Both the position numbers and the translations under genes were made by a program. From assembly GCF_000315625.1 (NCBI RefSeq), contig NW_005434660.1:62001-126000 (forward strand): 64,000 nt of DNA, given 5' to 3'. This document shows, piece after piece, positions 1 through 11,489 of this stretch. A model generated the notes under the pieces. That model ran no database searches. It was given only the letters and a program-made list of their open reading frames with translations, and was not told where the DNA came from. Each line of letters begins with the position of its first letter. The stretch's first letter is position 1. The DNA comes from Guillardia theta CCMP2712. Its lineage: Eukaryota; Protista; Cryptophyta.

Positions 1-1836
1 CGAGAGTTTCGGAGGTTAAACCATTTGCACATGTGTCAAGAATCAATCCTGATGATCCGCAGCAAGACAAAGTTGAAACTCCTCGTGTGGACTTGGGATT
101 TGATCGATTACGAAGAAGACAAGACAAGGAGGTTGGGAAATCTCTCAGTATTTATGATCTTTAACCTGATGAGTGAGCAGGAAATGGTTCGAAGAAGTGA
201 TCAACCTTGTTGATGCAGCATTTCTCAACGAGATGGGTCGAGAGTACAAGTTGTGGTTGAAGCAGCACGGAGCAGTGAGTCGACTTGTGAAATGTCATGA
301 AAGATAAGGCAGGAGAAGGAGAAGGAACCAGTGTTGGTTGCAGGAGAGGAGGCGGCAGATAGAAAGATGCTCGAAGATGATGGGATGGAGAGAGGGAGGG
401 AGGGAGGGAGAGAAGCAAGCAGCAGGCAGGCAGGCATGCAGGCATGCATGCATGCAGGCAGGCAGGCAGGAGCATTCGGGTCAAGAGACTAGTTTGACGT
501 CTCTCTGTATTCCGCAGGAAGTCCACTATGTGGATGATGGGACAGTGACGATCGGAGATAGAGGAGGAGGAAGGCGACCAAAAAGATTCCCTTTGATCGA
601 TACAGAAGATGCAGTTGTTTTCGTAGGTAGCAAACATTACCGTTCACTCCACACCTTTCTCTGCTGTACTCCTGTTCAACCTTCTCCTTCTCCTCTTCTT
701 CCTCTTCCTCCTCGTTCTCTACCTGATCCTCCTCCTCCCCCACAACTCCCCTCCTCCTCCTTCGTTGTTCTCTTCCCTTTCCTCGTCCCCTGTCCTCATG
801 CTCTTCTCTCCTACTTCTCACTTCCTCGCCACTGCTGGTGTTCGCAGGCTCCCTCCAAGGAGATGACCCTCTAAGGACCAGAGCGATCAGAGCACTTCTC
901 GATGCCGACATCAAGGTCAAGCTCATCCTTCCTCGTCCTCCTCCTCCTTGCTCTTTCTCTGCTCAATATATCTCTCCTTCCTCCTGCTACTGCCAGCTCT
1001 CTTGTTTCTATCGTACTCCCTCTATTCTCCATCGTCCTCCCTCACCACCTCTCCCTCATCTCGATCTCCATGTCCTCGGCTTTCTCTCTCCTTCTTCAAC
1101 TCTTGTCAGGTGAACATCTACGGGCCGGAGGAGCCGTGGGCGCGAGCAGGGTTCAGGACAGCAGGAGAAGTCTGGGCAGAGGACGCGGCAGCTGTTGACT
1201 CAGCAGCTCAGCTTGTCCTCTGCGTCTCCCGCTCGTCCTCCCCTCTCCTCTCCCTCTACAAGTCCGACAGACTCTTTCGCTCTGCCGGAGCTGGAGCATG
1301 CATCCTCTGTAATGATTTCAGAGGTCTTGACTTGGTCAGTCCCTCGCTCGTCGTTCTTCTCCCCTTCCCCTTTCCTTCCCCCCCTCAACTCACCCCCAGC
1401 TCTCTCTCTCTCCCTCCCTCCCTCCCTCCCTCACGCAAACTNNNNNNNNNNNNNNNNNNNNNNNNNNNNNNNNNNNNNNNNNNNNNNNNNNNNNNNNNNN
1501 NNNNNNNNNNNNNNNNNNNNNNNNNNNNNNNNNNNNNNNNNTTCCGCGTTTTTTCCCCCCCTACTTTGCGCGTCTTTCTTTCCCATTCAGCCTTTTCAAT
1601 TCTTTTTAAGTTCCCCCCCCCCCCCCCCCCCCTCTCTCTCCTTTCTCTCCCCCCAGGTCACTTGCTGCTGCAGCTCCTTCCTCCCGACTCGGTTGCCGTC
1701 CTGCCCATGAAGGGGGATGAAGTCGATCCGCACGCCCTCGTGGCCGCAGCCAAGGAGCTGCTGGCAAACAAGACGAGGAGGAGGATGAACAGAGTCCTTG
1801 TGCAAGGTGACAGATGCTGGAGATGACGAAGATGGA

Positions 1837-1901
<65 letters not shown>

Positions 1902-2321
1902 CGATGACGACGACGACGACGATGACGACGACGACGAAGACGACGACGATGAGGAGGAGGAGGAGGAAGAGGGGGGGGAGGAGGAGGAGATGACGTGGAT
2001 GCAGAGCATATTTGGAGATATCACACCTGGGAGGATGCGGTATTCAAGCTCCTCTACTGGTTCAGAGTGCTCTCCTCCCCTCTCCCTTCGCCTCCTTCTC
2101 CTGCTCAACATCTCCGTTGGACCCGCCGACCTGCATGCCCCGGACTCAGAACTCTCGGAGCTGGCGAGGAGCTGGAGGGAATGGAGAGCTGCGAGGAGAG
2201 GAGGGAGTCCGAATACTTCTTGGCGACAGGCGTCGACATGCTCTGCCTCGATCGCCTACTCGAAGCCACCACCTACTTTACCTCCAGCATGAGCCTCTGC
2301 CCAGCTAGCCCGATCCCGTGA
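1..2321 (+). CDS. Multi-exon glycosyltransferase, CgeB/YkvP-like (Glyco_trans_1_2) C-terminal domain; 5' end probably outside the window
   Basis: Exon peptides VNIYGPEEPW, LYKSDRLFRSAGAGACILCNDF, AAAKELLAN and HIWRYHTWEDAV match the CgeB-type pattern (S.RLFE...CG..., HTW). GT-AG introns lie between them, and the stop is at 2321. Confidence 0.55.
1822..1990 (+). repeat. Intronic (GAT)n/(GAC)n/(GAG)n microsatellite
   Basis: Directly visible; lies between a GT donor (~1808) and an AG acceptor (~2005). Confidence 0.9.
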
Positions 2322-2489
2322 GGAGGAGGGGAGGAGGAGCATGAAGAGATGGGAGGAGTGGAAAGGGTGGGAGGACGAGGAGGGTGAGGGAGCCTGGAGA
2401 GAGCGGGGAAGGGAAGAAGAAGGGCAGGAGGCAGGGAGAGAGTGAAGAGGGGAAGGAAACTTGGACGTGGGAGCAGGAAGTGATTTCAG

Positions 2490-3062
2490 CCTGGCAGGAG
2501 TATGTATGCAGCTGTCTCCGAGCTGCTGCGAGGACAAGTCCAGCTCTCCATCCGACTCGCCTCTGCAGCTCTTAGGACCATCTCCTCCTCCTCCTCCTCC
2601 TCCTCCTTCTCGTCTCTGGATGCCTGGCTCATCACTCCAGCTCCGCCGCTCCCAGACGTAGTCCAGCAGGCCCTGAGGTGAGAAGTCCAGCTGGGGTCCA
2701 GCTGAAGGCACTGGCAGGTTCATCGCCTTCCATTTCGGCTCGCACGTGCGATGGAGGATAGGAGAGGCGCTGGAGGCTGCGGAACGAGGAGAGGGAGAGG
2801 AAGAGAGGAAGTGGGAAGCGGAGGATGTGGAGACAAGAAGAGGAAGGGAAGGGAAGAGCGAGAGAGGGGAGAGGCAGAAGAGAGGGAGAAGCAGCGAGGT
2901 ATTGGCTCTAGAGAGAACTATCATGCTAGCACATCGTTTGTTCGGTTACAAGGAATCTTGAAGTCAAACATGGAAATATTTCGTCTGATCGGTCAAAAGA
3001 CAATCTTGAAATTGTTTCTTCCCTCTCCCTGACGCAGAACTTTGATTTTCTTCTCCTGACAT
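2490..3062 (-). CDS. Possible short hypothetical multi-exon gene
   Basis: Non-repetitive coding-like blocks (e.g. GLLDYVWERRSWSDEPGIQ) between purine-rich intron-like tracts. No family recognised. Confidence 0.25.
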
Positions 3063-3063
3063 G

Positions 3064-4874
3064 TCACGTGTCATACAATGAGATCTCATAACCGTTGCAC
3101 CTACCTCACTCATCTTCTTGTTCTTCTTCTTCTCTGCTTCACCTTGTCAACCTTGTAGAGCATGCAAGTTTGCAATCACCTTTCTTCCAGCTCAAGAACT
3201 TCTCTTTCCTCTTCTGCAGCACCTGAGCACATTTTCACTCCTCAATTAACCCCATTCTCCTCACCCATAGTGAAAGTTTAGTAGTTGACTTAGCGCGCAG
3301 AGCTTTCAGTCCAATTGCTTTCAGTTGTCCCAGCAGAATCTCCTGAGAAGTCCGTCAGCTCTCAACGCAGAAAATCGACGAGGCAACAAGAAGGTTAACA
3401 GGGACTTTGTGTTGCTCAGAAAGAAGTTTGAATGTGTGAGATTCAGACCTTGGTACAGAATCGAGAGTTCGAAGTACAACTTCGAGGGAGGGAGAAAAGC
3501 AATATTCCTCGGTCTCGCAGCATGCTGGTAGCTGCGATCAACATCTTTCCCCTAAGAAAACACAAAGTCAACAGGGGCTGACAGCAAACCACTTTGCTCT
3601 GTGGATTTCGTGTCTCTTCAGATCTTGCCGGTGGCTACATAACTCCTCTTGAAGTTCTCGAAAACAAGGGGTGCTGACCTCAGCTTTGGATCTCCTTCAA
3701 AGTTGAGCACAAGACAAAGAGCAATGCAGTCGAAGCGCTTCTTCTTCTCTTCTTGCTTCCACTTCTTGAAAAAGCTTGTGTAGAGCAGCAGGTCAAGGTC
3801 GCCAAACTGTTATTCCACAAGTTCACCTGAGAAGATCCAGTTGCTCAACTTGGGGTCCACACGGGTTTGGATCCAAACATACTGATCGAACACGTTTCAT
3901 GTTAACATAGGGGTTCGTCATCGAGCCAACATCCAGCAATCGCACATATCCTGCAAGAATGTTGGTATCGGTAGGAGAAGCAAACGTCAACTTCACCCCT
4001 GCCACCCTCCAAGAGGTTGCTGTCGAGCAACTTGTGAAATCTCATCTCTTGGAGAATCCACTCGGTCGAGTTGAAAGTTGTTGTTTGGTTTCTTGAGAAG
4101 ACTTGATCATCTACAGCTGATGTAGGCAGCGGGGCAGAAAAACAAGCTTTCTGATACATCGCACCAATGTCTCAGTGTCCGTCGACCTGCTCGGCTTTTA
4201 CCGAGCCCTCACCGCACCTGATACTCAGGCATCAAGTTGTCATCTGCCATCTTCTTCTTCAGCTTCTTCACTTCCTCCGCCTGTCCTCGTCGTCTTGCCT
4301 GTCAGACTGCAGTCAAGGCAACCAGAGTGACCAGGTTGTTCGCTTCACCGTGGCAAGAACCTTCTGCTGGTGGTGGACGCGATGGATTATGTTGGTGGCT
4401 ATCAGCTCAGTCACAAGACGAACATCTCAACGGACGAGAACCTTTGGTACGATTGAAGAATCCCTGCTCTTTCAGAAGTCTTAGCTTTCTTCTTTGCGTT
4501 TTACCTCTCTTTCCCCCTCTCCTCCTCATCCTCCTCGGTCCTTCAGCCCCTGCTCTCAATCCGCTCTTCAGGGACACATTCTCCTTTCCCGCTCTTGTGT
4601 CGCTTCTGACTCTCTTAGACGCTGAGACCTTCGTCTGCTTGCTACCTCCCGACTCCTTCAGTCTTGATTTCTTCACGCTCAGTTTCTTCACCCCTGTGAG
4701 CTTCTTTTCTCCCCTTGTTTTGCTTTGTTGCATCTTCCCCCCCCTTAGCCGAAGACACCAGATCACTTCATAGCTGTTATGATTCCCGTTGCCTTGTTGT
4801 CCTCTTTGTTCGATGGTTGCCACCATCGATGCAATCAAGACAAGGAGCAAAACAAGAAATGGAGGCAGACTCAT
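3064..4874 (-). CDS. BMT2: BMT2-like 25S rRNA (adenine-N1) methyltransferase with N-terminal signal peptide and LRLRGG presequence
   Basis: Exons encode YQKA...FNSTEWI, LLDVGS (SAM motif I), VEQLDLL, FDCIALCLVLNF and RGKML...LPRSCTSNSRF, in the Bmt2 motif order. Hydrophobic N-terminus MSLPPFLVLLLVLIASMVA. Confidence 0.8.
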
Positions 4875-5263
4875 CGCTTGTCAGCTCTCTCTGTGTGAAA
4901 AATTCACGATCTGCACACTGAGATCCNNNNNNNNNNNNNNNNNNNNNNNNNNNNNNNNNNNNNNNNNNNNNNNNNNNNNNNNNNNNNNNNNNNNNNNNNN
5001 NNNNNNNNNNNNNNNNNNNNNNNNNNGCCTCGCCTGCCTCGCCTGCCTGCCTGCCACTCCCCTCCCTCCACTCCCCTCCCTCCCTCCCTCCGTTCTTGGC
5101 ACCTCGTGTACAGACGCATCCGGAGCAGATTCTCCTCATACAGCTTCCGGAGCGCTGCTCGGCGAAACTCAGTGCAGATGTCACCGGCGCCGGCGGCGGC
5201 CCGGACCCGGCGATCGGACCTGCTGCGGCAGCCGCCTGCTAGATGCCGAGACGTCTGACTGTC

Positions 5264-5360
5264 AGTTTACCTGTACATGTTCAACGTCAGGTAGTTTACC
5301 TGTACATGTTCAACGTCAGGTAGTTTACCTGTACATGTTCAACGTCAGGTAGTTTACCTG
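5264..5360 (+). repeat. 29-bp tandem repeat, 3.3 copies (agtttacctgtacatgttcaacgtcaggt)
   Basis: Copies start at 5264, 5293, 5322 and 5351 (partial). A single near-identical copy lies at 12321-12349. Confidence 0.95.
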
Positions 5361-5364
5361 AAGC

Positions 5365-6990
5365 CTGGGGGCCCCTTTGCTGAACATCTCTCTGTGATCC
5401 ACTTGCTTCCCTCCCGTCTCCATAATCACCTCCCGTATGATAGCTTTGAACTCATCTCGATTCTCTAGCAAGCCTTGGCGAATGAAATCCTTTGCTGATT
5501 GTCCAGACTCATTTGGTACGAAACCAACTTGTCGCCTCTCCGAAACTCCTTCTGCCAATGCCTGGTTGCCCCGGCTAGATTGCTTGAACTCCAGAACTTC
5601 TCTTTGTATTTTTTCTAGGGACGCAATAACCTTGTCATTGGCCAGTGGACATATTGATGAACGTGTGGAGGAATGCCTGTCGCTTCCATTCTGCCCCTTG
5701 CTTCCTTTGGCATGCAGCAAACAATTGATTTCAAAGTATTCAGCATAGCTTCGTCCTGAAACAAGGCTGACTTCCAAAGAGGATGATTCCTCTGCAAATT
5801 CGTTCTCAGGAAGTCTGCATGGTATAACACGGATGCGAGGGCAAACTCCGCAACTCCATACATGCACATTGGTAATGTTGGGAACAGCATCTCAATCGCA
5901 CTTGTAACCATCCCTGACGAATCAGCTTCTTTGAAATGCGGCGGAAGAATTGCAAACTCTGACGAGTCGATGGGAAGCGCGTCCAACAAATGCATCACCT
6001 GCTGCTTCATATCGTAGATAGGTGTTGAAAACTGCTCCATTGGCCTTCCTGCTCGCTCAGACACAGCACTGCTCGATGGACAGTGAGTACTCCCGGATGA
6101 ACAATAAGTTGCTGCCCTTCCTAATAGAGTGACTTCCAAGATCCGCTGGTTGTAAACCGAGTGAACGCAGATGGGCAGTGACTGCAGTCTGCACTGCATC
6201 CATACCATTATGATCATCATGCCTTTCCGCGGTCTCGTCAGTGTCAGAGGGACTCGGGGCTGCTGATTGATTCGGTGGCATCATTATTTTTGAAAGAACC
6301 TGCATGAAACGCTTGCATGCAACCTGCATGAAACGCTTGTATTGTGATCTGCCTGGAAACAGGGACAGTTCATCTGGTAAATAGCAAAGCAAATAGATTC
6401 CTAATGCCAAAATGGGACAGATCTCTGGATAAATTGGATTTGCATAGACTCTCCTGGGGTCTCTGGGCTTGTCACCGCTCTGATCTGTTTTCGAGTGAGC
6501 AAAGAAAATTTGGAGATGATCTTCATTCCAGCACATGTGGTTGAACTGAATAGATTAGGCGTTTCCAGCGCGACACATAAGACTCCAACAAATGATGAGA
6601 AAGGTGCGAGCGAAGATGTAATTTCTCTTGTCGGAAAACATCATGGTTTTGCAAAACAAACGATAGGTTGTCATGCTCATAGGTTCTTTGCCTGTTGTTA
6701 TCTTCAGTACACCTGTTGCATCCATCTGATTCAGATCTTTCTTGAGGCCAACATAGAATTCTTGAAGAGCATTCTTGAATTCCAGCGGTAGGTCTTTCTG
6801 AAAATCTCTGAAAAAGCTGTTTATTGCCGATCGATGATTACTGTAAGTTGCAAAACCATTGTTCGGTGAAACGCTTAGCAGATGCGTGATCCACATACAG
6901 AAGTAGTCTGCGTCTAATTGATCGAAATGAATCCGGTAAACTTTTGGGGCATTCCCTGTTTCAACGTTTCAGAGATAATAATGCCATAAA
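5365..6990 (-). pseudogene. Decayed Crypton-type (CryptonS-like) tyrosine recombinase
   Basis: Across frames: WSLMCRAGN, HSKTDQSG..PRRVYANPIYPEICPILALGIY, GSHSIRKG, AATYCSSGST, RAG, NTYLRYEAAGDAFVGR, LPIDSSEFAILPPHF. These give the R-K-HxxR-Y catalytic pattern. In-frame TAA at ~6555, several frameshifts, and 3' truncation at the 29-bp array. Confidence 0.85.
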
Positions 6991-6999
6991 TGGCAACTT

Positions 7000-7940
7000 C
7001 TAACCTGCCCAAGATACAGAATTCTCGTCCAGTACCGTTCGTATGATCCTCTTCGATGGTAATGGTGGATCTCCTTCTTCCATATCTCTTTCAATCAAAT
7101 CTTTGAATTCCGTTGTCAATAGAAACAAGACATTGTCATATTGTTTATCCTCAAATATCAGAGAAACAGATTTATTGAACAATGTCAATTGTAAAGCTGA
7201 ATTGGTTGTATTATACGTATCGTTAGTGTATTCATCAAATAAATAAACATTATTGTTATCATCTACTAAGAACTGCGCAGGGTCAAAATTATATGTTGTT
7301 CCGCCTCCTGTGCTTGGCAATATGACGTTTTGAGTTGATACGGTTGAATCGCCAAATCTCACAAGCTCATTATTTTGACTGTCTAATAAAACAATCTCAG
7401 GGCAGTTTGTGCCGTCCGACCGCTCCCGATGCCAGTGGTCCTGGGGCTCCTTGCGGTCCTGTGGCTCCTTGCGGTCCTGTGGCTCCTTGCGGTCCTGTGG
7501 CTCCTTGCGGTCCTGTGGCTCCTTGCGGTCCTGTGGCTCCTTGCGGTCCTGTGGCTCCTTGTTTTGACCCTGTTGCTCCTTGCGGGCCTTGCGAGCCAGT
7601 CGCCCCAGGAACTCCTGGGATCCCTGGGGCACCAGGAGCGCCTGGACTCCGGGAAGACCGGGGGCACCAGGAGCACCAGGAGCTCCGAGTCCCGGAGGAC
7701 CCGTCGCGGGCCAGTTGCGCCAGTTGCGCCAGTATCACCCGGTGACCTTTCAACATCGCCTTTGTGAACTGGACGTCCGGCAGCTCTGTCAGCTGCAGCA
7801 TCCGTAAATTATTTCGAAACACTCATCGTTGTCGTTGAAGGGTCAAACACTGTGATATATGCGGGAAAATATGGGGAGGTGTTGATAAACTTGAATGGAA
7901 GGGTCGCTTCGCTCACAGGCCCGGTTTGACGGAGACCCAT
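7000..7940 (-). pseudogene. Collagen-like (Gly-X-Y) protein with an intronless AT-rich C-terminal domain, frameshifted; virus fibre-like
   Basis: 18-bp tandem repeat encoding (GPQGAT)n at ~7440-7590 plus [10 protein letters not shown]. The Gly-X-Y register continues upstream across frameshifts. The C-terminal domain is read in ORF 7000..7632. Confidence 0.7.
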
Positions 7941-9507
7941 TACGTTCGCTTGTTGGGTTTGGGGTTCCTTTTCCTGTGGGGCTCTGACTCAGATACCCGT
8001 CTATTGACACAGATACAGGCGTGGTAGGACTCCGAGAGGGAAATGCACAGGGGTGGGTCCTGTAATACTAATTTATTTGTTTTAATGGTACAAATTACAA
8101 TACTTTTTAGAGCATCAAGATTCGAACATGATGTCGATGAGATATCTTGATAACACGGTCGTTGTGTTGCTTTTGTTTATACAATCATCCTTATCGTAAT
8201 CTAATCTTGCAAGTTCAGAATCAAGCACCATCAAAGTGTTGCTGTGATGATTTTTCCTTTGCATAGTCGACAATGTTATGTTTTTATCAATAAACAAATG
8301 CTTGAGATGTAAATTGTTGCACTAGATATCCAGTGCTGTTTGTCAAAGCAGCTCAACCTTCACTCATGCCATGCCCTCACAAACAAGATGGGACAACGAG
8401 CAGCCTGCTTATGCCTCCTCATAATGCAATCAAGGATTTTGATTTGGCATAGTTCAAGATATTTGATGTCAGTGAGAAATTTGTACCTCAGATTTACAGT
8501 ATGCATTGGAATGGGAGAGGCAACATGTTTCATGGGCATTGGCAAGGTGTATGAACATCCAACTAAGGTCACGAAAGCATGAACTGAGCTGAGTGTACGT
8601 GTTCCATCAAGCATGATTCAAAGCTCATGGCCCTGATTTCAAGCGCGGTTCGTTCTGAGCTCAGCGGAAGCTCGCCACCTGCATGCTGTGCACTGATATG
8701 ATCTTCAGAACTTTATAGTGTTTTAGACAGTAGCAGCTTCGCATGCAGCGAGTAGCAATACTCTGTAACACGATTGTTCTTGGTCAAGGCATCATCAGAA
8801 TGTACGCATTCCATTAAGCATGATCTGGAATCAGTCCACTCAGGCTTGCAAGAGAACTCTTGTGCACATGACTCTGCAAATGCGCTGGAAAGTTGCATGC
8901 AGATCTATTGTGACACGAAGTAAACTCTGGCAGCATGATGATGTGACGCAGAAAATGATGTGACGCAGAAAGCTCACTCCACTGTACAGGTTGTCATCTC
9001 GCAAGATGTAAGGATATGAAGTCAAGCTATGTATGCAACATTGAGATACGTTGCTTCAGATTTGATCCACTGTCATGGATTCATTCAAATCGTCTTTTCT
9101 CCACATGTTGAGCACCAACAGCAAGTAGTCGATACACTTAGATCATCCCTACATTATTTTGTTTTGTCGTGAAACTTGTCTGCTGTCGATATCGTCACGA
9201 GCATGTTAATATGTTACGTATGTTCCTTGTTCTGCTAGGAAGGAAGGTGCCAAGGAAGAAAAGTGCTGTGTTGCTTGTTCATGTGGATGCACGAAGCTTA
9301 CCTGATAAACAAACATGAGAAGATCAATCTTCATTTGATCTCAGCTCACCATGATTCAAGTCGTGATGGGATCTGTTGTTGACAAACAGATTGCCGCTAA
9401 CAGTTGGCGTGTCTTCAAGAATGTTGTTCAAGCTGGAATTGGGGTTCCAAACAATCTAGACCATATAACGTCTGTCATCAACCTGTAAGTGGATCTTCTG
9501 AGTTTTG

Positions 9508-9537
9508 TTAGAAGACCCACCGGCGTGGGTCTTCTAA
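9508..9537. repeat. Perfect 13-bp inverted repeat with a 4-nt loop (ttagaagacccac-cggc-gtgggtcttctaa)
   Basis: Directly visible; overlaps a 22-bp imperfect direct repeat (9489-9510 / 9525-9546). Confidence 0.9.
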
Positions 9538-10381
9538 GTTTTGTTAATTTCATGTCACTGTAATGACGGTTTCCGAAGTTCCTTACGACTCAGGACTCAG
9601 GCGCGTAATGCCCGGGTGGTAAGGGGGGCCGATGAAGAGACAATCGTAGAGAGTCGCATTTAAAAGGCATCAGAGGTGACTCAGGACCTTGTAGGGATCT
9701 TGTAGGGCACTAGAGTAACGAAGCTGTAGAGCAGACTAGTAGAGCAGACTAATCGAAGTTTGGGAATCCCGTGTGTGATTGATTCGCAATCAACAAGTAA
9801 GACCTAATTGTCAACACAGGCTCCCGGAGTCCACACTGACTGGAGTTAGATTTTGTTTACTATGAAAGTAGGCACTCCGCGAGTATCAACGTATGTGAGA
9901 TAACACGACTGAGAGGATTCAGCATACAATGCCAATCACCGAAGTTGTCTTAGTTCGTTTGCACGGACTGTCACACAGAATGCGAACGTAAAATTGATCC
10001 CCGTATTGTGCATTCCCTGCAATGAAAACTTTGCGAGTAATGGGTCAAAATAGCACCCGATTGGTACGGTAACTTGGTTTCTGTTTACCTGGGGACCAAA
10101 CTTGCTATTGTCTTGGAGATACACCCGCTTGTTAAATAGTCGATTGACCGTTCTGAAGAACAGCTCACCGTCGATCACAATCGGAACTCAACGATCTCCA
10201 TAAGTTGAAGTCTACCAGAGTTCCTGGGTCCTACTAAACTAGCTGATAAAACAAAACGGGAAGAGTGGAGGATTGTGCTGAGCGCGCCAAACGGTAAAGT
10301 TTCATCTTCCAAACACACTCAATGCACTGTGCCCGATCCCTTCACCGATCACATCGTTCCACTCTTATCCGGCTGCGAGGC

Positions 10382-11406
10382 TTAACTTGCCCAGGTGGGG
10401 GCCATCAGTGGTAAAACCTTACCTTGGTGAAGTTTACATCTCGGCTTCTTTGATCCATCGATCAGATAGACCATCAGGTCATTCGTTATCAGGTCGTTTT
10501 TCTGAAGATACGTGATCATGCAAGCGACTGCCTGTGCCAAAGGTGGCGACCCTCCTACATAGTACCCTGGCGGTTCGTTTGGCAGAAAGGCTTTGCTGTG
10601 GAGCGATTTTGAGATCTCGTGCATCAGCCCCGACAGTTCTTTTGCTACTGACCTTTCATCTAGACCAAAGTCGTACTGGGCCAGATCCTGACACACTTGT
10701 TTTGAATGAGTGCTCAGCCTTAGCGAGTCCCTGCCCATCAGTAGTTGACTATTTACAGTCTTGCTGACGCCATCGCTCATGCTCATATTGCGGTAAGTTC
10801 TCAGCATTCCAATCTCGATCAAAGCCCTGTTGTTCAGAGTTGCAACGCGTTCTGCATCGAGGCAGACTATTTTTCCAAACATTCAGCCAAATTTGATGAG
10901 TAGACCTTCTCACGCCATTTGTGTTCATTGCGCTTCTCTTTGATCAGCCGTGCAGTTTCATTGCGCTTCTCTTCGATCAGCCTTGCAATCTCATTTCGCT
11001 TCTCTTCGTTGATAGCCTCCTTCTCTTTGATCAGCCTTGCAGTTTCATCGCGCTTCTCTTCCATCAGCCGTGCAGTTTCATTGATTAGCCTAGCAATCTC
11101 CTGGAGTTCTCTCGCATACAGCATAGTCATAATCTTACCATCTTCCCCTCGATCAGATCGTTGTACAATGTCTTTGTACAAGCTCAGCCGTTCAGAGAGG
11201 TCGGCAGGCAAGGAAACGCTGGAACCGCCGCGGAGCCGAACCAAGGGTAGGGGGCACGATCTGAGTGAGGGTATCACTGGTCTTGATATCCCAGTACAAT
11301 TTGGCATAGACGAGCTCGCAGGTGCTACTGGCCAGGGGGCGCGGGCGGCAGCGCGGGCGGCGGCGAAGGCGGCAGCGAGGAGAGTTTTGAGCGAGCATGG
11401 AAGCAT
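10382..11406 (-). pseudogene. Intronless hypothetical protein (signal-like N-terminus, VRLRGG, coiled-coil repeats) split by a 1-nt frameshift
   Basis: ORFs 10867..11406 and 10382..10882 overlap at an A-run (gaaaaatag). The ETARLIxEKR repeat is visible. The frameshift could be a homopolymer sequencing error. Confidence 0.55.
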
Positions 11407-11489
11407 GGCTGATCAGGGAGGGAGGAAGGGAGGGAGAGAAGGGAGAGAATGTATGGGTCTGTTTAAAACAAGGTTTTTGACTGTGCAAA

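Noticed and set aside
1596-2292. Poly-Asp and poly-Ser ORFs
   Set aside because: Translations of an intronic GAT/GAC microsatellite.
6553-6557. In-frame TAA in the recombinase as possible readthrough or alternative genetic code
   Set aside because: The same ORF has several frameshifts and truncation, so pseudogenisation is simpler. Neighbouring genes use standard stops.
8100-10380. Short ORFs inside the island as viral core genes
   Set aside because: No capsid, ATPase, primase or polymerase motif was recognisable by eye. Left unannotated pending profile searches.
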